The notes beneath the pieces are model-generated. The model was not told where the DNA came from and made no database searches. It worked only from the letters and a program-made list of their open reading frames with translations. The position numbers were made by a program, and so were the translations under genes. From NCBI GenBank assembly GCA_015059865.1, contig SUZP01000004.1, forward strand, positions 2,300-66,299: DNA of 64,000 nucleotides, written 5' to 3'. Numbering within the stretch: the stretch's first letter is position 1; each line of letters starts with the position of its first letter. This stretch comes from Rikenellaceae bacterium. Lineage in GTDB: Bacteria; Bacteroidota; Bacteroidia; Bacteroidales; Rikenellaceae. Shown piece after piece: positions 29,499 through 40,098 of the stretch.

Positions 29499-31454
29499 AT
29501 GAGAAGATACCTACTTTATGCGCTTCTTTTGATTGGAAGCATCGCCTATGGTGGAGAGCGCAAACTACTCACAATGGAGGATGCAATTCTCAATCGCAAC
29601 CTTGCGCCCAAGAACTATGCAATTCGGTTCAGCAAGGAGAACCCGAAGATTTACGAACATCCAAAAGGCAGTATCATCGAGCAGTACGACATTCGTACGG
29701 GCAAGTTGATTGATACAGTACCTATTCGTATCGGTATGCCTAACCCTTTCCGCAATCGCGCAAGTGTCAAGGATAATAATGTGATTTGGCACGATGCTGA
29801 TGGCAAACAGCATAAAATCACCGACTTTACAGATAAAAATATCGTCTGCGGTCAGTCGGTTTCGCGCAACGAGTTTGGCATTAGCGGAGGATTGTTCCCA
29901 TCGCCCGACAACTCGTTTGTCGCCTTCTACCAAAAGGATGAGTCGCGTGTAACGACCTTCCCGTTGTTGGATATAACCTCGCGTACGGGCTCGTTGGTCG
30001 AGATAAAGTACCCAATGAATGGTATGGCATCGGAGCGCGTGAAGGTGGGAGTCTACAATGTAGCCTCGAAGATGGTGGTCTATCTCGCCGTAACCGATTT
30101 CGACGAGGAACGCTATCTCACCAACCTCTCGTGGTCGCCCGATTCGAAAACCATCTATGTTCAGGTACTAAATCGTGCGCAGAAAGAGATGCATCTGAAC
30201 GCTTACGATGCACAAACAGGCATTTTCGTCGCTACGATTTTGACCGAGAAGAACGACCGCTGGGTGGAGCCGCAAAATCCGTTGCACTTCATTGACAACG
30301 ACCGCTTTATCTATACGACCGACAATCGTGACGGATATAAAAATCTATACCTCCACACCCTCTCGAAAGGTACGACCGAGCGCCTGACAAAGGTAGATGC
30401 AGATGTGGCCTATGTGGCGCACGATGCGCGCAATGTCTACTACTACTCGGCAGAGGTTTCGCCCGTAGAGCAGCATCTATTCAGCCTCTCGTTGCGCAGT
30501 GGCAAGGTGCGCCGTCTTACTCGCGATGCGGGTTGGCACAACTGCACCATCTCGCCCGATGGAAAACATTTCATCGATAACTACTCCTCGCTCGATGTTC
30601 CGCGTGTGGTGGCCGTAGGCTCGACTGATGGCAAGATTTATCGCGAGGTTTTCCGTGCCGAAAACCCATCAAAGGATTACAACTACTCGACAATAGAGCT
30701 TGGCTCGGTACGCTCGGCGTGTGGCAAATATAACAACCACTACCGCCTTATCAAGCCTCTCGACTTTGATGAGAACAAGAAGTACCCCGTAATACTCTAT
30801 GTCTATGGTGGTCCGCATTCGCAGATGGTGCGCAATTCGTTCCAAGCGCAGCTGCGCCGTTGGGAGATGTATATGGCACAGCGTGGATATGTGGTGTTTG
30901 TGATGGACAATCGCGGCACGCTCAATCAAGGCACAGAGTATGAAAAGGCGATACATCGCCAATGTGGCAAGGCTGAGATGGAGGACCAAGTGGCAGGCTT
31001 GCAGTGGCTCCTCTCGCACAAGTGGGCAGACCGAGAGCGCGTAGGAGTTCATGGCTGGTCGTATGGCGGATTTATGACTATTTCGCTTATGACACACTAC
31101 CCCGAAATCTTTAAGGTTGGTGTTGCAGGTGGCCCTGTTATCGACTGGAAGTGGTACGAGGTGATGTATGGCGAGCGATATATGGAGACAGAAAAGACAA
31201 ACCCTGAGGGTTTCGCTGCAACATCGCTTATCGCCCAAGCCAAAAACCTCAAAGGCAAGTTGCTGATTTGTCAGGGTGCGATAGACGATGTGGTGGTGTG
31301 GCAGCACTCGCTGTCGTTTATCGACGCCTGCATCGACAATGGCGTGGCGGTGGATTACTTCCCTTATCCACGCTCGAAACACAATGTATATGGCAAGTGG
31401 CGTGTGCATCTGATGCAGAAAGTGACAGACTACTTCGAGGACTACCTGCGATAG
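29499..31454 (+). CDS. S9 family dipeptidyl peptidase IV / prolyl tripeptidyl peptidase
   Basis: YVYGGP, GWSYGG catalytic Ser, YGERYM, DDVV and catalytic His; start at ATG 29499. Confidence 0.92.
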   Translation: MRRYLLYALLLIGSIAYGGERKLLTMEDAILNRNLAPKNYAIRFSKENPKIYEHPKGSIIEQYDIRTGKLIDTVPIRIGMPNPFRNRASVKDNNVIWHDADGKQHKITDFTDKNIVCGQSVSRNEFGISGGLFPSPDNSFVAFYQKDESRVTTFPLLDITSRTGSLVEIKYPMNGMASERVKVGVYNVASKMVVYLAVTDFDEERYLTNLSWSPDSKTIYVQVLNRAQKEMHLNAYDAQTGIFVATILTEKNDRWVEPQNPLHFIDNDRFIYTTDNRDGYKNLYLHTLSKGTTERLTKVDADVAYVAHDARNVYYYSAEVSPVEQHLFSLSLRSGKVRRLTRDAGWHNCTISPDGKHFIDNYSSLDVPRVVAVGSTDGKIYREVFRAENPSKDYNYSTIELGSVRSACGKYNNHYRLIKPLDFDENKKYPVILYVYGGPHSQMVRNSFQAQLRRWEMYMAQRGYVVFVMDNRGTLNQGTEYEKAIHRQCGKAEMEDQVAGLQWLLSHKWADRERVGVHGWSYGGFMTISLMTHYPEIFKVGVAGGPVIDWKWYEVMYGERYMETEKTNPEGFAATSLIAQAKNLKGKLLICQGAIDDVVVWQHSLSFIDACIDNGVAVDYFPYPRSKHNVYGKWRVHLMQKVTDYFEDYLR

Positions 31455-31456
31455 TA

Positions 31457-31496
31457 TGCCAAAATGGCAGACATCGCGCCTTGGCACACTGCTTGA
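31457..31496 (+). promoter_or_regulatory. Palindrome plus putative sigma54-type promoter upstream of groES
   Basis: TGCCAAAATGGCA (31457-31469); TTGGCACACTGCTTGA (31481-31496). Confidence 0.55.
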
Positions 31497-31551
31497 TTGA
31501 AGAGTAAACAACTTTTAATTTTGTATTTTTAATTTTTAATTTGAATATACT

Positions 31552-33571
<2,020 letters not shown>

Positions 33572-33589
33572 TAGAATAACACAACAAAC

Positions 33590-33633
33590 AAAGCAATGGC
33601 GACCAATTTTTTCGATTTGGTCGCCATTGCTTT
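33590..33633. terminator. Bidirectional terminator between groEL and recJ
   Basis: AAAGCAATGGCGACCAA/TTGGTCGCCATTGCTTT. Confidence 0.8.
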
Positions 33634-33648
33634 CATTTATTCTACTAT

Positions 33649-35409
33649 CTACAATTGACTCTTTATATCCTTAATACGAAGTTGGAGCGAAGATTTTCCG
33701 CGATAGTTATTTTCGATAATCTGATAACAGATATCAATAGGCTTGCCAGCACGCACCCACTCATAATGCGACGGTTGCTGAAAAGCTATGGTCTGCATAC
33801 GCGCAGATGGCGCAGAGCGTTGCGTCAAATCCATACGCAAATGCTCGGCATCAGCTCCAACAAGGCGTGCATCGCCACCATTCACACACTGCTCCGACGC
33901 GAAAACAGGGAGATTATTGCCCGGTCCAAATGGCTGGAAGCGATTTAGTTCACGGAAGAAGTTAGGCGTAATATCCGCGAATGACAACATACTATCAATC
34001 TCCACCTGCGGAATAAGGCTACGCGGGTCGATATTATCCTCTACATATTGATTAAAGCGACGCTTGAACTCCTCGACATTCTCAGGCTTCATAGTCAGTC
34101 CTGCGGCGTACATATGGCCACCGAAGTTCTCCAACAAGTCGGAGCACGACTCTACCGCCTGATAGAGGTCGAAGCCCGGAATCGAACGCGCCGAGCCCGT
34201 TACGAAGCCATTGCTCTGGGTAAGCACCACCGTAGGGCGGTAGTAGGTCTCGATAAGGCGCGATGCCACAATACCCACAATACCCTTCATCCACTTCGGA
34301 TTGTAGATTACGGTGCTCTTCTGCGACTTCAATTGTGGATTATTCTCCACGAAGTCGTGAGCCTCCTGCGTAACACTGCGGTCAATACTCTTGCGGTCTT
34401 GGTTGAAGTTATCAATAACATCGCCAAACTCGCGTGCCGCATCCTCATCACCCTCAACAAGCAACTTCACCGCAGCATAGCCTCCCGACGGAACAGAGTC
34501 CTCAGGATACTCGTCCATACGCATACGACCTGCGGCATTGATGCGAGGGCCAATCTTGAAGACGATATCGTCAATGGTGATATTCTGCTCCTCCAAGCCG
34601 CAGATGCGGATAATCGAGGAGAGTCCCTCCGATGGCGAAGAGTTCAGAATTTTCAAACCATAGTGAGCCAAAACACGATTTTCGTCGGTCAGTGCAACGA
34701 TATCCGAAGCAATACTTACAACCAAGAGGTCGAGGAACTGCTCAATCTCGCTGAATGGAATATTGTGCTTCTGTGCGTAGGCTTGCACCAACTTAAAGCC
34801 GACACCGCAACCCGACAACTCATCGAAAGGATAGTTGCAGTCATTGCGCTTCGGGTCGAGAACAGCTACGGCACGAGGAATCTCCTCGGCCGGAAGATGA
34901 TGGTCGCAGATTATGAAATCTACCCCTTTTTGTGTTGCATAGTCCACCTTCTCGACAGCCTTAATACCACAATCGAGGGCTATGATAAGCTTCACACCCT
35001 TCTTTGCGGCAATGTCGATACCCCTCTTCGAAATACCATAACCTTCGGTATAACGGTCGGGAATGTAGAACATCAGATTGTTGTGTCCGATGTGGCGGAG
35101 AAATTTATATACGAGCGCAACGGCCGTAGTGCCATCTACATCGTAGTCGCCATAGACCATAATCTTCTGGTTTTTGGCCACTGCTTCCTCCATACGCTCC
35201 ACCGCACGCTCCATATCCTTCATCAGGAACGGATTGTGCAAGTCTTCGAGTCGGGGGTTGAAAAACTTCTTCGCTTTGTCTACTGTGTCTATGCCTCTTT
35301 GTACCAATAGGTTCGCCAATACCGTAGGAATTCTCAGTGAGGTAGCAATATGGTCTACCGTCAATGAGTTGCCCTGTGGTTTGACTACCCACCTTTTCTG
35401 AATAGGCAT
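33649..35409 (-). CDS. recJ: Single-stranded-DNA exonuclease RecJ
   Basis: YGDYDVDG, DCG, DHH, PRINAAGR, GSARS and GGH.YAAG motifs. Confidence 0.96.
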   Translation of the reverse strand: MPIQKRWVVKPQGNSLTVDHIATSLRIPTVLANLLVQRGIDTVDKAKKFFNPRLEDLHNPFLMKDMERAVERMEEAVAKNQKIMVYGDYDVDGTTAVALVYKFLRHIGHNNLMFYIPDRYTEGYGISKRGIDIAAKKGVKLIIALDCGIKAVEKVDYATQKGVDFIICDHHLPAEEIPRAVAVLDPKRNDCNYPFDELSGCGVGFKLVQAYAQKHNIPFSEIEQFLDLLVVSIASDIVALTDENRVLAHYGLKILNSSPSEGLSSIIRICGLEEQNITIDDIVFKIGPRINAAGRMRMDEYPEDSVPSGGYAAVKLLVEGDEDAAREFGDVIDNFNQDRKSIDRSVTQEAHDFVENNPQLKSQKSTVIYNPKWMKGIVGIVASRLIETYYRPTVVLTQSNGFVTGSARSIPGFDLYQAVESCSDLLENFGGHMYAAGLTMKPENVEEFKRRFNQYVEDNIDPRSLIPQVEIDSMLSFADITPNFFRELNRFQPFGPGNNLPVFASEQCVNGGDARLVGADAEHLRMDLTQRSAPSARMQTIAFQQPSHYEWVRAGKPIDICYQIIENNYRGKSSLQLRIKDIKSQL

Positions 35410-35453
35410 ACTCGTTAAATTTTATATATTTATTTTCCAATTTTATATTCATT

Positions 35454-36155
35454 TTATAGTACTTTTTCGAGGTTAAAGTTCACAAGCAGCTTCTCGCAAA
35501 GCACCTTGCTCGCCTCCTCGAACGAAACCTCGCGACCGAGCTCCTTCGTAATCGAGGTAACACCCTTATCGACAAAGCCGCACGGGTTAATCATCGTAAA
35601 CCATTTGAGGTCGGTCGAGGCATTGAGCGCCAAGCCGTGCATAGTAACAAAACGCGAAGCCTTAACTCCTATTGCGCAAATCTTTCGCCAATTGCGCTGC
35701 AACTTCTCGCCTGCCGCATTCTCCACCTCGTCACAGAGCCACACTCCCGTAGCCCCCTCCAAACGACGCCCCTCGATACCATATTCAGCAATGGTCTCGA
35801 TAATACTCTCCTCCAAAATTTCGATATAACGACGCAAGCCGATACCCAACTTTTCGAGGTCGAGAATTGGATAACACACCACCTGTCCCTCGCCGTGGAA
35901 GGTGATGTCGCCACCGCGGTCAATATGGTAAAACTCTGCTCCGAGAGCCTTCAATCGCGCCTCGTCAATGAGCATATTGTCCATATTGCCACTCTTGCCG
36001 AGCGTGTATACTGACGGATGCTCAACAAAGATGATGGTGCCAGCAAAGTCGCTATCATCGCCCTGCTTTGCCAACATCTCGTTGAAGAGACTCTGCTGAT
36101 ACTCCCAGCACTCCTTGTAAGGCATTCGCCCTACCCATTTACACTCGACACGCAT
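35454..36155 (-). CDS. lipB: Lipoyl(octanoyl) transferase
   Basis: EH..VYTLG, RGGDITFHG, KICAIG, HGLALN and PCG motifs; start at 36155 (the longer ORF extension is repeat-derived). Confidence 0.95.
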   Translation of the reverse strand: MRVECKWVGRMPYKECWEYQQSLFNEMLAKQGDDSDFAGTIIFVEHPSVYTLGKSGNMDNMLIDEARLKALGAEFYHIDRGGDITFHGEGQVVCYPILDLEKLGIGLRRYIEILEESIIETIAEYGIEGRRLEGATGVWLCDEVENAAGEKLQRNWRKICAIGVKASRFVTMHGLALNASTDLKWFTMINPCGFVDKGVTSITKELGREVSFEEASKVLCEKLLVNFNLEKVL

Positions 36156-36164
36156 ATACCAATT

Positions 36165-36244
36165 CAAAATGCAAAATGCAAAATGCAAAATGCAAAATGC
36201 AAAATGCAGAATTCGGAACTCAAATGCAGAATTCGGAACTCAAA
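36165..36244. repeat. (CAAAATG)x6 plus a 20-bp duplication
   Basis: Six perfect units at 36165-36206, overlapping into AAATGCAGAATTCGGAACTC x2. Confidence 0.92.
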
Positions 36245-36276
36245 CAACCTATGTTTAAATCGAGATTTAGCGGCAG

Positions 36277-37161
36277 TTATCGTGCCACTTTGATAGAGGA
36301 GATGGCTTCGTCAGCCAAGTACGATGAACGCACCAACGGACCACTTGCACAGTAGTCGAAGCCCATATCGAGAGCTATTTGGCGGTATCGTTCGAATGTT
36401 TCGGGGGTAATGTATTCCGCAACGGGAACCTGCTCCTCCGTAGGTCGAAGATACTGTCCGATGGTTACAATGCGCACACCTGCATCGCGCAAGTCGTGCA
36501 GCGTCTGCACCACCTCCTCTTCGCTCTCGCCAAGTCCTACCATCAATCCGCTTTTGGTCGTTACACCCCTCTCGCCCATATAGCGCAATGCCGCCAACGA
36601 AGTGCGGTATGTCGCCCTGGCGCGCACGATAGGTGTAAGTCGCTCCACGGTCTCGATATTATGCCCGATAATGTCGGGCTTTGATGCCATCACCACCTCC
36701 AACGAAGCTGGCACAGCATCAAGGTCAGGAATAAGGAGCTCTATTGTTGCGTTAGGGTTCTTCGCTTTGATAGCCTCTACGGTCTGTGCCCAATGCGCTG
36801 CACCGCCATCGGCCAAGTCATCGCGAGTAACAGAAGTTACGACAACATGCCTAAGTCCCATAAGGTTAATACTCTCGGCCACCTCTTGTGGCTCGGCTGG
36901 ATTTGGTGGCAACGGCACACCTGTTTTGGTTGCACAGAAGCGACAACCACGAGTACATACATCGCCCAAAATCATAAATGTTGCAGTTCGCTTACTCCAA
37001 CATTCAGCCTTGTTCGGGCATCTACCGCTACTACAAATCGTATGGAGAGAATGTTCACGCACGATACGAGCCACCTCGGCAAAAGCATCGCTTTTGTGGA
37101 GACGAATTTTCAGCCATTCGGGCTTCCTTTCGGGCGTGTTACAACCTTGAATTTTAGGCAT
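36277..37161 (-). CDS. lipA: Lipoyl synthase
   Basis: KPEWL, CX4CX5C, CX3CX2C and RSSY motifs. Confidence 0.97.
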   Translation of the reverse strand: MPKIQGCNTPERKPEWLKIRLHKSDAFAEVARIVREHSLHTICSSGRCPNKAECWSKRTATFMILGDVCTRGCRFCATKTGVPLPPNPAEPQEVAESINLMGLRHVVVTSVTRDDLADGGAAHWAQTVEAIKAKNPNATIELLIPDLDAVPASLEVVMASKPDIIGHNIETVERLTPIVRARATYRTSLAALRYMGERGVTTKSGLMVGLGESEEEVVQTLHDLRDAGVRIVTIGQYLRPTEEQVPVAEYITPETFERYRQIALDMGFDYCASGPLVRSSYLADEAISSIKVAR

Positions 37162-37346
37162 TTCTCTCTAAGTTCATTATTCCTATTGGTGCAAAGATAC
37201 GAATAAATTGATAATTAGCAATTGATTTATCATTTTTTTTGAGAAATATTCAGGCTATCATCTCTCTTTTTAGTGAGATTTTAGGGATTTTCACTATTTT
37301 TAGGGGATTTCTTTACAACAAATTTGGATAATATAAAAAAATATCA

Positions 37347-37354
37347 TACCTTTG
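37347..37354 (+). promoter_or_regulatory. -7 box of tRNA-Thr
   Basis: TACCTTTG, with an upstream TTTG at the -33 position. Confidence 0.7.
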
Positions 37355-37375
37355 CCCTGCTTTTAGCGCGATAAT

Positions 37376-37429
<54 letters not shown>

Positions 37430-37447
<18 letters not shown>

Positions 37448-37913
37448 CAAAGGAACAAGACAAATGCCATCGCAAGATGGCGTTTGTTGTTTATATATGA
37501 TAGGAACGATGCCTGCATCAGTGAGTAGCATATATAAACGACAAACATAGTCGCATAGCGACATTTGTCGCAGTGAGTTTGAAGGCGCCCCCGCGGAACG
37601 GAGAGGCAAGGCGAAACAAAGCACTGCGTAGCAGTGTGGAGTGAGCCAAGCCTCGTCAACAGCTCTGAGAAATCAAAATAAACAACGAGAATGCCACCCT
37701 ATCAAGGTGGCATTTGTTATTAGAGGCAGTGGGCAGTGGGCTTGCACATAGAACCATTGCCTCTAATAACAAATATTGCAATTTGCGATGTATACTCGTT
37801 GTTTGTTTGATTTCCATAGCGCCAAGAGGCAAAACAGAGCGTAGCGGCAGTTAAGTCTCGTCAGCCCCCCCCGTAAACAGAGCGTAGCGGCAGCCGAGCC
37901 TCGTCAACAGCTC
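37430..37913 (+). repeat. tRNA-linked repeat array: tRNA 3'-end copies separating structured units
   Basis: CAAGCCTCGTCAACAGCTC at 37430 and 37647, a 17-bp copy at 37897, and a degenerate copy at 37853. Confidence 0.88.
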
Positions 37914-37986
37914 GCCACCGAGATACAAATAGTGCAATTTTTCCACATTTTTTAATTCTCGATTTTTAATTCTCAATTTTTAGTTA

Positions 37987-38159
37987 TACCTTTGCACCCG
38001 CGTATCAACCTCTTATACTGGGCAGTTGAGCAGAAGGCTTCGTAAATTGTGGTGTAAAAACCTCGATTGAAGAGGCGAGGATTAGACGGCAGTGTCCGAC
38101 TATGGTAGCGAGATTGCAGCGATAATGTTGAACGGAAACTAATAAATTTTGTTGCAACA
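37987..38159 (+). promoter_or_regulatory. rplS promoter and long, probably structured 5' leader
   Basis: TACCTTTG at 37987; about 160-nt leader with CCTCG/CGAGG and CCTCTT/AAGAGG complementarity. Confidence 0.55.
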
Positions 38160-38537
38160 ATGAACAAGGATTCATTAATTAGACTTGTGAACGAGCAGAT
38201 GTGGGCTAAGACTGATGCCGACATCCCTCAGTTCAGCGCAGGTGACACAATCACCGTAACTTATCGTATCATCGAGGGAAGCAAAGAGCGTTTGCAGAGC
38301 TTCCGTGGTGTGGTAATCCAGATTAAGGGTACAGGTAAGACTAAGATGTTTACCATCCGCAAGGTTTCGAACGGCGTGGGTGTTGAGCGTATCTTCCCTC
38401 TCTACTCGCCACACATCGACAAAATCGAGGTTAACAAGTATGGTGTTGTTCGCCGTGCTCGTATCTACTACTTCCGCGACCTTACAGGTAAGAAGGCTCG
38501 CATCAAGGAGCGCCGTATGGCTACCAAGGCAGAGTAG
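38160..38537 (+). CDS. rplS: 50S ribosomal protein L19
   Basis: [21 protein letters not shown] and VRRARIYY motifs. Confidence 0.98.
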   Translation: MNKDSLIRLVNEQMWAKTDADIPQFSAGDTITVTYRIIEGSKERLQSFRGVVIQIKGTGKTKMFTIRKVSNGVGVERIFPLYSPHIDKIEVNKYGVVRRARIYYFRDLTGKKARIKERRMATKAE

Positions 38538-38562
38538 TAGCACTGCGATTTTTTTCGTTTTG

Positions 38563-38590
38563 GGTTGTCGAATTTCGGCAACCTTTTTTT
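38563..38590 (+). terminator. rplS terminator
   Basis: GGTTGTCGA/TCGGCAACC stem followed by T7. Confidence 0.75.
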
Positions 38591-38696
38591 ATATCTTTTT
38601 TTGATTTTTTACACCTTTGACGGTATAAATCGTATGTAAGCAATCGGGCTATCGCAGATTCGTGCAAAAAGAACTCATTAGAACGATTTTTTACGC

Positions 38697-38732
38697 TTTG
38701 ACAAGAGTTGTCAAAACCCACCCCTACCTTTG
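38697..38732 (+). promoter_or_regulatory. Promoter with overlapping palindrome
   Basis: TTTGACAA-gag-TTGTCAAA (38697-38715); TACCTTTG (38725-38732). Confidence 0.65.
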
Positions 38733-38762
38733 CATCGTAAACCAATAAAAAACAATAGGATT

Positions 38763-38885
38763 ATGGCAGAGGTAATTATTACATTAGGTATGTGTTTGGC
38801 AAAGGGTTTGGCAGTATGTGTGATGTTGGCCGGTTGCGTGGCTATATACTTGGTGGAGAGTCGCGAACTAAAAGGGGAGGCGTAG
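38763..38885 (+). CDS. Small hydrophobic protein, 40 aa (not in ORF track)
   Basis: MAEVIITLGMCLAKGLAVCVMLAGCVAIYLVESRELKGEA; A-rich initiation region downstream of a promoter. Confidence 0.55.
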   Translation: MAEVIITLGMCLAKGLAVCVMLAGCVAIYLVESRELKGEA

Positions 38886-38888
38886 AGT

Positions 38889-38972
38889 ATGTTTGCGATA
38901 TTGGTATTTATAGGAATGTTCGCCAATGTATTGGGTACAATATGTGGCGGTAGCGATAGTTGGAGCAGATAG
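38889..38972 (+). CDS. Small hydrophobic protein, 27 aa (not in ORF track)
   Basis: MFAILVFIGMFANVLGTICGGSDSWSR; starts 3 nt after the preceding stop codon. Confidence 0.45.
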   Translation: MFAILVFIGMFANVLGTICGGSDSWSR

Positions 38973-39001
38973 CTATGGGTGGATTACTTTTTATAACCTA
39001 T

Positions 39002-39796
39002 TTAAATCTCCAACTTAATAGGTTTTGTTCTCGCAACCACTCTGATACTAATCTCGTAGAGCAGCCACATCGGCACACTCACGAGTGCTAAGGTGAAGAT
39101 ATCGGAAGTAGGGGTAATTACTGCCGCCAAGACGAGCACCACGACCACAGCGTGCTTGCGATACTTCTGCATAAAATTCGCTTTCAGCATATTTAGTTTG
39201 GCCAAGAGCCAACACAACAGTGGCAACTCAAAGACCACACCCAACATCAGACACATACTCGCAAGTGTCGAGATGTAGGAGTCGAGCGAAATCATATTGG
39301 TAACCTCGGAGCTCACCTGATAGGTACCAAGGAAGCGGAATGTGAATGGGAAGATAAGGAAGTAGCATATCAGCACACCTATCAAGAACATCACATACCC
39401 GACACTCACCAAGCTATAAATATAGCGTTTCTCGGCTGTATAAAAGGCGGGCGAGATAAAGCGCAATATCTCGTAGAGCGTATAAGGCAAGGCACAGAGC
39501 AGACCGGCATAGAGAGCCGTCTTCATATGGATAATAAACTGCTGCGCCAACGAGGTATTGATAAGTTCCACCGTAAACTCGCCAACTGTACCACCTGTAA
39601 GTTTGGACAAACCATCCAAGAGATGATAAGTGATAAATCCGCTATTGGATGGTGCCAAGACAACGGCGAACAACGCCTCTTTGAATATAAATGCAACAAT
39701 GCCACACACCACCGTAACTACGATGATGCGTATCAGTGTGCTTCTAAAATCGTCGAGATGTTCCCAGAAAGTCTGGTCGGCGTTGTTGTCGCTCAT
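39002..39796 (-). CDS. tatC: Twin-arginine translocase subunit TatC
   Basis: FWEHL, FISPA, FELP, AAVITP.SD and P..LLYE motifs. Confidence 0.95.
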   Translation of the reverse strand: MSDNNADQTFWEHLDDFRSTLIRIIVVTVVCGIVAFIFKEALFAVVLAPSNSGFITYHLLDGLSKLTGGTVGEFTVELINTSLAQQFIIHMKTALYAGLLCALPYTLYEILRFISPAFYTAEKRYIYSLVSVGYVMFLIGVLICYFLIFPFTFRFLGTYQVSSEVTNMISLDSYISTLASMCLMLGVVFELPLLCWLLAKLNMLKANFMQKYRKHAVVVVLVLAAVITPTSDIFTLALVSVPMWLLYEISIRVVARTKPIKLEI

Positions 39797-39808
39797 ACCC
39801 ACAACAGC

Positions 39809-40006
39809 CTATTTTTTATCCTCTTCCTTGTCGGTATCGCTCTCTTCGGTCATACTATTCATTCCATCCTTGAACGAACGAACGCCCTTACCCAAGCCCT
39901 TCATCAACTCAGGAATCTTCTTACCTCCGAACAACAGAAGAACAATTAGTGCAATAATCAGGATTTCCTGCATACCTATACCGCCAATAAATAGTAGTTT
40001 CATCAT
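39809..40006 (-). CDS. tatA: Twin-arginine translocase TatA/E
   Basis: [24 protein letters not shown]. Confidence 0.95.
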   Translation of the reverse strand: MMKLLFIGGIGMQEILIIALIVLLLFGGKKIPELMKGLGKGVRSFKDGMNSMTEESDTDKEEDKK

Positions 40007-40098
40007 ATTATAATGCTTCTTTTACAACTCTTTATTTTTGCAAATTTAGGCTAAATATCTTATATTTGCAATATAATCGCATAAAAAAATATCGCAAT

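Noticed and set aside
31481-31507. CIRCE element before groES
   Set aside because: TTGGCACAC-N9-GAAGAGTAA matches the right arm of TTAGCACTC-N9-GAGTGCTAA poorly and is not palindromic.
37448-37920. Prophage or ICE integrated at tRNA-Thr
   Set aside because: All att-like copies lie within 500 bp, and no integrase or cargo genes are present in the window.
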